Part shown: one piece after another, positions 1 to 13,277 of the stretch
How positions within the stretch are numbered: the first letter of the stretch is position 1
How the letters are laid out: each line of letters begins with the position of its first letter
Source of the DNA: Lepidodermella squamata
Lineage: Eukaryota; Animalia; Gastrotricha
Length of the DNA stretch: 64,000 bases
Assembly: GCA_047495785.1 (NCBI GenBank)
Contig: JBLDXI010000007.1
Coordinates: forward strand, 4,340,001 to 4,404,000
Reading direction: 5' to 3'
Program-made: the position numbers and the translations under genes
Notes under the pieces: generated by a model
What the model was told of the DNA's origin: nothing
What the model saw: the letters and a program-made list of their open reading frames with translations, nothing else
Databases searched by the model: none

Positions 1-1211
1 AATTTGCGAGTACTTAACGCTTCACAACTATTTCACTTAGAAACTTAATCAAATCACCACCAGGTTTTTTTGGGTTTTTTCGTAAAACAAGATGCCCGTA
101 GCCTAGGACCAAATCCACGAAAATATCCTCAGGATATTATGGACCTCAGTTGACTCCATAATAGGTTCTATCCTTGAGTAAACACTGTAGGCGTATCCAT
201 AGCAATTAATACCTACAACACAACAGCCAAGTGCTGTCTATGTTTTTAGTATTTTTCTCTCGAATTACGGCTATTAACCGAATGTCCCGGGGCAGTCTCA
301 ATCGATCGAAATTAGGACCCACTTTGTTTATTTTCTGGCAAATACCTTCTCAAGCTTCGGGCACTTGTTGACAGAAAATTGCACTTGACACCGTGGTTTT
401 CTACCAATGTGCGTGTGCTTGTAAGCTATATCCGGTATTTGTAAACAAATTATAGCACGGGCAAATCGCTGATAAACATTCGAATTTTTTGAGATAGCCA
501 TCGCATTCACAATTTAGACTGTCAGTAACATTTTGTCCTCAAAGGTCATCTCAGCCTTTTCAGACTCTTCTGTGACCTCTGCCTTTTCACGCATTCAAGT
601 GCGCGGTGAAAAAATCCATTCACATAAAGCCGGCGGTTGGCTATTTTGTTTTTGCACTGCGTAGCCGGTGACATAGAGCCTTTGAGGCTATTTTCAGCTG
701 CCATCCTTCAGTCGCAGAATATTTCCCCGGAAAATTTTACCGGCATCATCCATTAATATTGTCCCATTTAATTCACGCTTACTCTACTCCCAGGATTCTG
801 CACAAGGGTTGGAATTCCCTGATTAAATTATAGTTCAACCTGTGCAAATTTACCTCAAACCAGTTAGCTATTCCAGAGAGCGAAGTACCACTAGGGATGG
901 TAGGGATCATCCCTACCAGTTCCATCGGTCCGTACGGTGAGCTCATTCAAAGACCAAAAGGGGGAGGGACCCTTATGTCGATTCTTGCGATCCTAACCAG
1001 TTCCGCGGCCCTAATACTTCGCTCTGTGTTTTATTCGAATCGAACAATTTTATTCCAATTAAATGTTGAGATTTTCTCTGCTACGGCACTGAGTTATGGT
1101 TTTGTAGAAATTATGATACTATTGAACTTATTTTTTTGCTGTCATTATGATGCTATGGTTCTTCAGATTTAATTTAATCCTTCCGTTTTTTGCAGACGAA
1201 TTATTAATCAA

Positions 1212-3635
1212 ATGATCGCAGTGCGTGGTTCCCGAGTGATCCCCTCCTGCCTCCTGTTCGCCCTCATTTTAGGCCAACCGCCTCTCAACAATGGCGAACA
1301 GCCACCACAAATAGATTTCAGCAAGCGGCATCACTCAGTGCCCCCATTATCAACATCAGCAAGTAGTGGAGCCCTCAATAAAATGCTCCAGCTCATCGAC
1401 GAAGGGGCTGACATCAACGAATTCGACTGGCTGGGCCAAACCGCGCTGCACATGGTCGCGAAATTCCAGCAGACAAAAGCAGCTAGACTGCTGTTAGAAC
1501 GCGGCGCGAATTGCTGCATAGCAAATGCTGATTTCGAAGAAACCCCGCTTCATCTAGCCGCGAAAACGGGGAGCCTAGCTATCATTCAAATGTTGATTGA
1601 CCGTGGGGCGAATGTGAATGCCCAGATTTCGAAGCAAATCCACCCTGGAGGCACGCCTTTCTTATACGGGGCCTACTACGACGGGAATTCATTCGCGACG
1701 GCCAAGTTACTGCTAGAAAACGGGGCTGATGTAACCCAGACCAATAGTTACGGCCAAACGGGGCTGCATCTCTACGTCGAACATTTGAATCTGAGAGCTG
1801 TGACGGTTATGGTTGGCCGATTCGGAGCTGATCCGAATATTCGAAACGAGGCAGGATGTACGCCGTTGAATATCTTAACTATGCAAGCCAACGAAAATAG
1901 GAACCATCCAAACCTAATTCAAATCGCGTCTTACCTGTTAGAAACCGGCGCTGCTGTCAATGCGAGATGTGCTGGGGAGAATGGCAGTAAGAGAACTCCT
2001 CTCCACAATGCGATTCTAAGCGAGAATCGAATTTTGGTAGATCTACTGTTGGAATACAGCGCTGATGTTAATGCCGTTGACAGGCGGGGCTACACCCCAC
2101 TCTATCTCGCAACTGTAGTTCGGGATAAAATCGATAGCGATTTGATCAGGGTTTTGCTGGAACACGGCGCGAATCCTAATACAGTAACCAGGGAGCTCCG
2201 AGCAGCTAATCCTTTCTGCAATTCCATTTTATCGAATTTCCTGCGGAAACGGCTTGAGGTTAACGAGGTGACGTCAGAGGTCGTGGCTCTACTTATTGGC
2301 CATGGTGCTGAGAAGGACCCTAACTGCCCGAATTACGAGTACGACGAAATAGGCCGGTACCTGCAGTTCCAACGCATGCCGACCAGTCCTCCGATCCAGA
2401 TATTGCCTGTGCTATTCCAATTCGAAGAAGGCGGTCCTGCGGAGTTGCCGCTCTACAACGAAAAAGCCGTTGCTGAGAAAATGCTGGTGAGCAAGGCGAT
2501 TCCCGACATTATTAAAGCGGCAAGCTTTGGCGACGCGGCTGGCATCATCAAAATATTCCAGCGTTTCAGTAATAACACGATGAAAATCGCCGAGTTCATC
2601 AACGAAAAGGACCAGTTTGGCAAAACTGCGCTGCATTGGTCGGCTGGTGGCGAGTATTTCATTGCGACAAGGACCTTGCTAAGGGGCGGAGCTTATGTTG
2701 AAGCCGAGGATAACGAGAATAACACCCCTCTAGTCTATGCAGCTGCGACTGGGAATGTCGAAATAATCAAACTGCTGCTGAGTTACGGAGCTCACGTCGC
2801 TGGAAATTCAGCCCTGAGACAAGCAGTGGATCGGTCGAATTCACCCGAGGCCGTTGAGATCTTACTACAGGCTGGGGCTTTCATCAACCCTAAGGAAGAG
2901 CCTTCTTTATTGCATCTTGCAACGATAAAGCAGAACATTCGAATGATGCAATTGCTCATACGGTACGGAGCGAATGTCAATGCAAAGGAGGCAACTCTGG
3001 GCCAGGCGCCGTTCAGCTATTTGCTGGAGTCTGACTGCTGCTATCCGCAATTGCCAGTCTTGAGTGTGCTCCTCGAGAATGGCGCTGATATCAACAGCAG
3101 AGATAACAGAGGCCGAACAGGTGAGCCAAAAGAAAAATCGGGGAAATATTGTGAGCGTCCTCCGTGACAGTTCAGCGATGAAAGAAATTTGAGTTACTAT
3201 CGCAAATTTATTTTTACGTTTTAATCCAGCCTTTGTTGAAATGTTCAATTCTATTCCTGTCCTATTTCAAATCCATTTTTATATTTTTCAGCCCTTTCCA
3301 TCGCAATCGAAGTGCGACGGCGAAAGGAGGTTGTTCGATTTCTAGTCGAGCACTACGCCGATGCGAACATTCCAGATGCTTACGGCTGCAACGCGCCGCT
3401 GTACCTACTCGTGCAGATGGCATCGCGCGAGGCGAACCGATTTCATTTACATTCCATCAGCTCAGTGGAGGACGACGCGGAGGTCGCGCAGATCGCGAAA
3501 GACCTCATCGAGTACGGCGCGTACTCGGACAAGCGAGACCCGTGCTCAGGCCTGACGCCGTATCAACTAGCTGTACGCCGCAACCTGCCAAAAACTTCTC
3601 AAACCATCATAGAACATATTTTATACAAAAGATGA
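1212..3635 (+). CDS. Ankyrin-repeat protein, 2 exons (1212-3120, 3292-3635), with a hydrophobic N-terminus
   Basis: Many G-x-T-[AP]-L-H ankyrin motifs (GQTALHMVA, ETPLHLAA, RTPLHNAI, GKTALHWSA, NTPLVYAA). The intron ACAG|gtgagc...ttttcag|CC joins the 651-aa ORF in frame to the 3312-3635 ORF, restoring GRTALSIAI. Confidence 0.9.
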
Positions 3636-4347
3636 GCCATATTCTGTTATAAACTGTAAAGAATGGGAATTTTGAATTGTGGGCTCTCTCTCCATACAGA
3701 GACGCGAAACACCAGCAAACATTTTGAGGCTGTAGCTTACGGTCCAATACAGCTACATTTTGAAAATTGTAAAATGTAGTGGTTTGGAACTTGTTTTTGA
3801 GGGAACTGAGAGGGCCCAAATTAGGCTATGCGTCTAGCCATTATCAAAAAGTTCTAATATGTGAATAAAAGAATGAGTTGATTCTCAATGGCTCCCCGTA
3901 ATCATTATTAATTCATGACCTAATTCATAAATTCATAAATATGGTTGGTTGCCTCATACAGAATTCGGCCCGGCCGCGTTGATTCATGTAAAATGCAAGC
4001 CGACATTCAGCAGCGGCCTGGCCAATCGATAATTCCTATGCCGAAGAAAGAAGAACAATAAAAAGCGTGTGCCATCGCGTAAACACTGCAGCGCGATTAC
4101 CTGGCTACCGCGTGCGCGATGGGACCCCCGTGCGCATCGTCATGCATTATTCACGCAACGCAGCTGTAGTTGTCAACTGAAATGCCCTATTTATCTGCTG
4201 AGCTGTATTCCATGCAAGTCGACCAGATATTTATTGACCGGTCGCTGCTTCATCTAACGATTTTTCGTAGCGACACATTGTTTTGGCGATGGAATGCAGT
4301 CTTTTTACGATCGGCTGAACTTTTCTAGTAAATAGCTTCAACTTATC

Positions 4348-5188
<841 letters not shown>

Positions 5189-5761
5189 ATAGACTTTCTA
5201 TAGGTACTTCAATAAAACATGTGTATCGATCAACAGATTTGTTCAATCGATATGGGCATTTCAGCTTTTTGAATTAAGAACTTTAGCGACTCCATACGGC
5301 TGGGAAGATAGGAATTGTGAGGCTTTGTAGATACTACTCGATCTGTTCTCCGCCGGCATGGTATCGCGAATTATTTCAACAAATTTCTAATAGAGATGAA
5401 AGGAGAAAAGCGAAAAATTGGATGCGGCTAAATATGGATCGCTTCCTTCTCCCACTGCATATGTCTCAAGTATGATTAGCCGAGATCTTTTCTCCAGTGT
5501 TTGCAGAAGGATGTTTTAATTTGTACCGCCAAAAACGTCAAACAGAGTGTTTCATAGTAATTAGAGAACTTCGCAACGTCAAGACTGCTTTATTTACCCA
5601 GAGCAAACCGACAAAAATTAGGAGTAATAACATAAAAATGAGTCTGTAAAGAGCATTGCTCAACGCCGTTCGGACTAAAAGTCTGCAAAATTAAACGCCG
5701 TTTTGATTACGGCTGACCTTACTGTTGAGTTGATGCCACCGTTATCAGCTAAATAGATCGC

Positions 5762-8700
5762 TTATGGAGCTTCTTGCGCCAAGAATCGAACTACTTCATT
5801 ATGGCGATTTCGAGATGCTATCCAAAGAGGAGTTCTGCCATCTCTATTTGCCGTAGAAACCGTAGCTGGCGCTTCCTTTGCCAGAAATCTGACAACTTGG
5901 ATGTGTCCATTCGCAGCCGCCCTCCAAAGCGGGGTTTTGCCGTTGTTATCGCGCGTAGCAAGACTGGCTGGTGCATCCTTCGCCAAGAATTGAACAACTG
6001 CTATGTGGCCATTTCGAGCCGCTATGCAGAGCGGGGTTGTGCCATCGTTGCAAGGCGTAGAAACAGTGGCCGGAGCTTTCTTCGCTAGGAATTTAACGAC
6101 TTCGATGTGCCCATTATGAGCGGCTGTCCAAAGCGGAGTTGCACCATCGTTGTCAGCCGCAAAAACCATACCTGGTGCTTCGATTGCCAGAAGTCGAACA
6201 ACTTCAATATGACCATTTGCAGCGGCTACCCAAAGCGGGGTTGTGCCGTAGTTATCAGGCGTAGAAATCGAAGCCGGGGCTTCTTGTGACAGGAATCTAA
6301 CAACTTCGAGGTGGCCATTCGCAGCGGCAATCTTGAGCGGAGTTGTGCCGTCTTTATCAGCAATAGAAATTGCGTATGGTGCTATGTTAGAAAGAAATCG
6401 AACAACTTCGACATGGCCATTCTGAGCTGCTTTCCAAAGTGGGCGTCTGCCTTTGTAATCAGCCACAGAAACGGTACCAGATGATTTTCCAGCCATGAAA
6501 GCTAATATTTCCAGGTCACCCTGAATCGCGGCTATTTCTGTTGCCGCGCTTGCCTCACTTGCGTTGAAATTGCGCTTTACTGCTTCTAAATCACGTTTCA
6601 AAACTGATCGAATGAACTCAGATGTAGTCTCCTTGCTGTTTTCGTGGTTATTCAAAGCCGTTCTTGCTTGATATTTCCAGTAGTGACCATGGAAGAAGTC
6701 CGCAATCTTGTCTCTCTCATCTTTCAGCATCTCCATTCAATCTTCGTCGAAAATTTGCATCAGGAAAGCCAGATCATTGTGTTCTGCTATGCATTTTATG
6801 TAATTTTGATTGTGATCTTGGTTTCCGTGCAGTCTGGTAAGTATCCAAGCAATCAGGCGATAGGAATAATGTGTTCCTTGTCTTCTGAACTCATCTCCTT
6901 CTGGCAGGCTGAAATTATCTTCCCAATCCAAGCCATAGAGAAAGTGGATGAAAGACTTGCCTCCACGTTTGCTTACGGACGTGCATGCTTCCAGCAATGC
7001 GTCGCAACTCAAATTCTCCAAGATATCGCGCAGCAGCCGCCGATGCACCGATTTGTGCTTTTGACTGTTAGCACCCTTGAAAAACTCGAACAGCATCATA
7101 TCGGCATTCGAATCAGTCCTTCCTTGCAGTAGAAACAGTCGAACTTTGTCATGAAGATCCGCATCATTTGAGGCCGTCATCCTAAATTCTTCAGCAGCTC
7201 GGCGAAAACCTGCTTCCCAAAGCAGTTGATGCACGGACGAGAGCTCATATTCTCCACCAACTGTTCTTATGACAGCCCGCTGATCGAATGCGTTGAAGAC
7301 GTCCTTTGCCCTAAGGTTGGGTGCCAACTGGAGCCAAAGCATCGTTAGATATTCGGCAGGAATCAGAGTGTTTGGCTCGAAAAGTAAGTAGGCATAAAAG
7401 CATAGTCTGTACGTTTTGCCGAATCGCTCAAAAGTAAACTGCAACAGACCATCGACGGTTTGCTCATTAAAGCGCGGATCGCCACCGGCTATAACAGTGT
7501 CGAAGTCGTTGGTCTTACGATTGACTAACTCTTCATACTCCTCGTCCCAATCGTAATTACCGAAAAGAAAGCGGTTAGCAACGAGAGACATGATCAGGGG
7601 CAAGCCGCAGCATATTTCAGCGAGCTTACCTATCTTTTCCACGGCGTTCGTCTTGAATTTCTTCTTCAAGTCGCACGTCGTATCGAGATACTGTTCAATG
7701 GCTGCATTTTCGAGACTATCAATTTTCGCCAACTTGTAGATGAGTTGCCGCTGTTGCATTAAAATCGGATAAGGGTCACGCGTGATGACGCAGCAGGACA
7801 TTTCCGATTGCTCTTGCACAAAGAAGCGAAGCAATTCCACGTTGAACATGTCATCGAGGACGACGAGAACACGATGGCGTTTTTTGTCTCGGAAATACTC
7901 GCTGATATGAGACAACTCAGATCCGGTGAATTCCGCGGCGGCTTTCTTTGCCAGGGCCAATAGGCTTTCACGGAATTCTTTCTTGGCTGAGTCGTCGAAA
8001 GTTGGCCCTTGCCATTTGAAACACTGCAGCCAAAGCACAACTGTCGGTGACTGCAGTCCTCTGGGTACATTTTCGCTACACAGTAATTTTGCGATCAACA
8101 CCGATTTTCCAACACCTCCCTCGCCAGCCACAACCAGAAGACTCGCAAAGCCTACGAAGAGTGAGATATAAGCGATTTTCAGCTATGAGGCTTTCTCTAT
8201 GCTTAAGAACTATTCGCTTCCTTCAAATGCTCAAAAAGTAGGGCTGATCTGTTGCTCGATTCCCAATGATGGTTTAAGCGATAAGAATAAGAAAACATAC
8301 CTTTGGCCGGTTTGTTGCAAATTTCGATCAAATGGTTTATCATTTTGTTCTCGAGTTCGTGCCGCTCGAAATAGTTCGCAATGCTGATAGGTATGCTTGG
8401 AGCGTAAAATCGATTCAGAACAACGGCTTTCTGAGCCGGCATTTTCAGTATCAGCCGGATTTGCTGGCAAATATCATTTGCATCGTCGTGGAAGTGCATG
8501 GCCTCCGTGCGCAAAAAAATGCGAAGCAGATTGCCAAGGTTGCGAGATTCGCCAAGTTGGACGAAGCTGTCTTCCAAATTTACGAGGAGGACGTTCTTCT
8601 TCTTGAAAATGGCATAGTCGAACTCCTTAGCTGAATTGGAACCATTGCGTAAGTACGGCAGACTCAGGAAGCAAACAACGATATCTGCCCAGTCGACTTT

Positions 8701-9339
8701 CTGTTTTTTGAGAACAGCCTTGAAATATCGTGAGAAATTTCAAGGTAGGGCTGGGATGAATTTACCTCCATCATTGCTTGATCAAGATCACCGCAAATGT
8801 TATGGACATCAAGGAAAACATCGAAGTCCGGTTGCTTGCTGAGATATTCATCAGAGACCCTGCGTACGTCATCCTCCCGAAAGCTCCACGAATAGCTTAC
8901 AAACACACGAGCGTTTTTAATAGCAGCAGCGGATTCATCTAAGGAAGCGGCCTTAATTAGCGCAATACAATTTTGGTTGAAAACATAATAAATATGGTTG
9001 GTAAAGATTAATTAACCGTTAATCGATATTCGGCTAATTCAACTGGCTTGGGGGATGCTGTTTTGCGGGCTTGGGCAAATGCAGAGACTGTCTCACATGC
9101 CTTTCGATGGCCCATGGCGGGAAAGAGCTCCCTGATGTCGTCTTTTGTTAGGAGGGCTATACTGAATTCATCCAGCTCATTAGCTGTAAAACCAATGCAA
9201 AAAATAAGGTTCTCTGACATGAAAAATCGAAGATAAGAAACACCAGCTCACCAGTGAAAACGTCGCACAGGCGAGACTGATGGTCGGGATTGGCAATACC
9301 CGCGTCGAAGACCAACTTCCCGAGTGCAGCTTGGTCCAT
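5762..9339 (-). CDS. NLR-like STAND protein SAM-TIR-NB-ARC-ankyrin; exons 9339-9252, 9183-9017, 8951-8766, 8718-8301, 8151-5762; one in-frame TGA at 6739-6737
   Basis: SAM-like FTANELDEFSIALLTKDDIRELFPAMGHR. TIR: VFVSYSW, DVFLDV, ADIVVCFLSLPYL, SAKEFDYA. NB-ARC: Walker A GEGGVGKS, Walker B VLVVLDDM, VITRD, CCGLPL. Seven 34-aa ankyrin repeats. Exon lengths sum to 3249 nt (1083 codons). Confidence 0.82.
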
Positions 9340-10029
9340 CCCACTTGCGGCGACAGTTAGGTGGCTCCGTTAAGTAAATTATCAATACATCTAATGTCAA
9401 GAGATTGAACCATAGAAAAGGCTGGTGATTAAAGTAGTTAGAACTAGTATCTGGCGCTGTAATGTATTTACGCTACTATCAAAAAATGAAGGCAATGTCA
9501 AATGTAAATGAAACCAAGCAATCTTGTTGCTATGATAAGCAGAAGCCTTCTGAGAACCTTGGCTGCTGAAGCACTTTAATGTTAAAGCCTACAACTAGTT
9601 TTTCATTTAAGCTACTGCTGTTACCTTTGGCCATTCACATGTTTTACACTATTTGACATGAACGTGCACGTATTTTCGCGTTAACGTTAACTAAACCTGA
9701 ATAAATAATATTCATGGTAACAGAATGTAAATGTCGAATGAAGGTAATATTTTAATTTCGAATTCAAAATTTTTGTTTTCATAACCGCTCGAGATGCACC
9801 GAACATTCGAATGAGCTTGAATGCAGGTATTTTTGATCCTGCTTCGACCACGCCGGTTCATAGCCTCCGAATATTCTTTATTTATATAAAATATATAACA
9901 GATTTTAAACGATAATTTGTATTTTTAGCAATATAAAGGGAATAATTCGACCGTTGGGGGGAAAAGCGATGAAATCAGAGCTTAAGAAAACTAATAATAT
10001 AAATTGTCCTCAATGTTCGGCCCCTCGTT

Positions 10030-11376
10030 TCAGGCCTGAGCTGGCGGAACCAAGTATGGCAGAGCTTCGTTAGCCTCATTTTTGCGATACTCAACGCCGT
10101 AGTCCTTGTACCGCAACACATCATTTCGCAGGTAAATGAACGTATCGTAGTAGATATGGCGAAAGTGCTTCGGGTACATCCCATCAACCTCAGGGCACAT
10201 CTCGTGGTAGCAATTGCCGACGAGAATTTCCAGCTCAGTCAACGGGAAGTACTGCTTCATCTCTTCCTCGGTCATCGTCAGCATTCTCAGCAGCTCCTGG
10301 GACCAGTGGGCTTGGAACTTGGCCACGTCTTGCTGCATCTCCTCCTCGGATGGCAATTTAGCCTTGCCCTTGATCAACATGCAAATGAACTCGGACTGGG
10401 GTCTCAGGTGGTACAGCCCAGCGATGTTCGCCTTGCCAAGGATGAAGAGCTTTTGGCATCTAGGGTGGACGAGATGCTTGTAGAGCGGGAACAGAAAACG
10501 GCCAAGCGAACCCAGCGCCTCGAAGTCCAATTTCAAATCCTCAGCCAACGGTAGGCTGGGCTTGAAACCGGAGCAGAAAATCACGACATCGTATTCACCA
10601 CTCGTACCATCCGCGAAATGAGCCGTGTTTCCCTCGGCCGAAACTAGGCTGGTATGTAGGGCCATATTTGGGAGGGACTTGCACCAAAGAGGCGGGATAG
10701 CGTTGTAGCAACAGTCCATACTTTTAGCCCTGCCTGGTTTGCTCAGCAAGATAGCCATGTCCATCGCGCCCCAAGAGCTTCCAACAATCAAAACCCGTTT
10801 ATCCTTGATGCGAGCCGGGTCTCTCAGCGAGTGGTAGTGGAAATGCTCGCCAGTGAACTTCGACATATCAACGTCAGGAGTGCGAGGGACAGTGTACTGG
10901 CCATTGCATAGCAAGACGTAGTCGCTGGTCTCATCAGTCGATCCGCCGGTCTTCAAATCGTGCAGTTTGAAAGAGAATTTCTGCGTCGCCTTATCAAAGC
11001 TGATGTTAGTGACCTGTCGATTGAATTGAATGTACTTTTCAAGCTGGAATTTCGTCGCAAAGTCGAGGAAGTATTTGTAGGTCTCCTCTCGTGTTGGGTA
11101 GACATGCGTTCCAGGCGGGAAGTCGTGCTCCGGATGCGGCTGGTGCAGCAGGGTCGGCGTGTTCATTTGAAGCTCGCGGTAGACGGTCGTGTTCATCGGC
11201 TGGCCGGCTACGTCGTACGTCTCCGGTCTGTCGGCCATGAATACCCACTCGCCGCCGAGTTCGGCGCGCCGCTCGTAGCAAACGAATTCAACGCCATCGG
11301 CTTCGACGTGTTTCTGCAGCGATCGCAGGGAAATCAGGCCACCAGGACCAGCGCCAACAATCACAACTTTAACCAT
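10030..11376 (-). CDS. Flavin-containing monooxygenase (class B FMO family), intronless, 448 aa
   Basis: FAD-binding GAGPGG, ERRAELGGEW, LCNGQYTVP, FMO fingerprint variant FTGEHFHYHSL, second dinucleotide motif LIVGSSWGA, and DVVIFCSGF. Confidence 0.9.
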   Translation of the reverse strand: MVKVVIVGAGPGGLISLRSLQKHVEADGVEFVCYERRAELGGEWVFMADRPETYDVAGQPMNTTVYRELQMNTPTLLHQPHPEHDFPPGTHVYPTREETYKYFLDFATKFQLEKYIQFNRQVTNISFDKATQKFSFKLHDLKTGGSTDETSDYVLLCNGQYTVPRTPDVDMSKFTGEHFHYHSLRDPARIKDKRVLIVGSSWGAMDMAILLSKPGRAKSMDCCYNAIPPLWCKSLPNMALHTSLVSAEGNTAHFADGTSGEYDVVIFCSGFKPSLPLAEDLKLDFEALGSLGRFLFPLYKHLVHPRCQKLFILGKANIAGLYHLRPQSEFICMLIKGKAKLPSEEEMQQDVAKFQAHWSQELLRMLTMTEEEMKQYFPLTELEILVGNCYHEMCPEVDGMYPKHFRHIYYDTFIYLRNDVLRYKDYGVEYRKNEANEALPYLVPPAQA

Positions 11377-12352
11377 GTTTTAGTGTTTTACGACGAAATA
11401 GGACGCGGTGTATAATGGGAAAAAAGTGGTGTGATGGCCTCTCCCCAGCGGTGCGGTTGGCGCGATTACATGATCCGTTGTTTTAAAGGCGATAAAAAAC
11501 CGACTACTCCCGCTGTACGTTTTGGAAAGAGAACGATAAAGGTGACGGATGCCAGCGGCTTGTATCTGATACGTTGGAACGAAATAGGACAAAGGGCAAA
11601 GGGAAAGCCGTCGTTATCTGCAGGAGTAGCCAGGTGGTATTTATTTATAAATGAGCACTATCGGGTTCGTTGATAAGTAGTCGACTTTGTCTACTTATGC
11701 ATGGGGAGAAAAAACATCAACAGCTATGGCAAGCAGCAAGCATGTGCTGGTGTGACATCTCCCTCCCCCCCCCCCTCCCCCCCGTCGCGTATGAACTGTA
11801 TCACGTTTTAAAAATTATAGGATCAATTATATCCAATAATAGGGAGACGGGTCGATGTGAGCAGATGTTTACAGATGCTATACCTATCGGAGTTTCAAGA
11901 AACAAAGCATATTGATTAACATTGTTTCACTGTTTGTTGAATCAACTATCAGTCTCTGGCTGGCACAGTTTTTGACATGAGTTAAAATCGACGTTTCGGA
12001 AATACTTCGAGTTTTAGTTTCAGAGCCCATAGTATTAGCTAAAAATACATTTTTTTGGATGGAATTCGGCACGATGAACATTTGCACCCTTATCAATCAA
12101 AGCAGGAATAAAAGCAGGAAAGGCGAAACACCGAGAAAAGCTATCTCTGTGATCCGAGCCCTATGATTGTCAAAGACTCACAAATACAAAGGCAGACTAC
12201 TAATTATAATCTTGAAATGGAATTTATCAAACTGAGTATTTCAGTTGATTAAAACTGAACAATGGCTACAATTCTTTGTTCCCACGCGAACAATAAGCAT
12301 TTAGTACCTCAAACAATGAAACACAATCAAACCAACAGAGTGACACGATCTG

Positions 12353-13277
12353 ATGCGTTTGAAAGTGGCTTTCGTTGTTTTCTTCTCGCTAAGTGAGCTA
12401 CGACAAAATGATGCAACTTTACGAGTGTACTGTATCTTATTTTTGACCAGTCGTTTTTGTTAATGCTGATGGCGATGAAGACAAAAGCGGAAATAAGGAT
12501 GGGGATGGGCAAAGTGGCAGCAACAGAGAAGCAAGTTAATTTCGCTTGGATTTTCATGATTTTCCCAATGAATTTATGAACTGAAAGCGTTACTTGTGAA
12601 TTCCATCAGAATGATAACAGCCGCGAGCGCCGCACAACAAAATCAACGACGAAATCCACCACAACTACTGCAGCTGCAACCCAACAATCGACTCAAATAG
12701 TTACCAAAGAGACAACCAGCTCACCGCCGGTTCCGCTCGATGTGATTTACTACCGGGAAACACCACCACCTCCACCACCGCCGACCTACAATCAGCCTCC
12801 TCAAACTAACAAGCCGGCTAACATTGAAGTTGCATCAGCCCCCGCTGAAATTGTGGTCGTGGTCGCGCCCAGTCGACCGCCTTCGCCGCCCCCGAGACCG
12901 CCTCCCCCACGGCCTCCCCCTGAAAACTTATCACCCGGGGTGAATGTAGTCCTATCACCTGGCAGGCAGCCTGAGCTCATCTACGTACCAGCAACATATC
13001 GGCCGAGACCCACGCGGTACAATCCCACGATTTACGTTGTTGATAATGGCGCCAACAGCGGCGATACAATAATTGTGATCAAGCAAACAACCACGCCAAG
13101 TTTGTTAATGAAATTTTTGTTAGCTTGTTAATTTGATACTCATTATCTACAGATCCTCCGTCGGACTACCAGCTGCCTGACATGTGGGTCATCATAATAT
13201 GGGTGGCTGCTGTGACGATTGTCGTTGGAGTCATTGTTTTCATCATTGTGTGGTACGCCTGCAAATGCCATTGCTAA
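12353..13277 (+). CDS. Small type-I membrane protein family, member A (signal, acidic segment, RERR, Thr/Pro-rich, TM, CKCHC stop)
   Basis: Hand-spliced 4 exons: MRLKVAFVVFFSLIVFVNA-DGDED...NDNSRERRTTKS...PPPPPP...WVIIIWVAAVTIVVGVIVFIIVWYACKCHC. Needs a GC donor at 12531. Confidence 0.75.
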
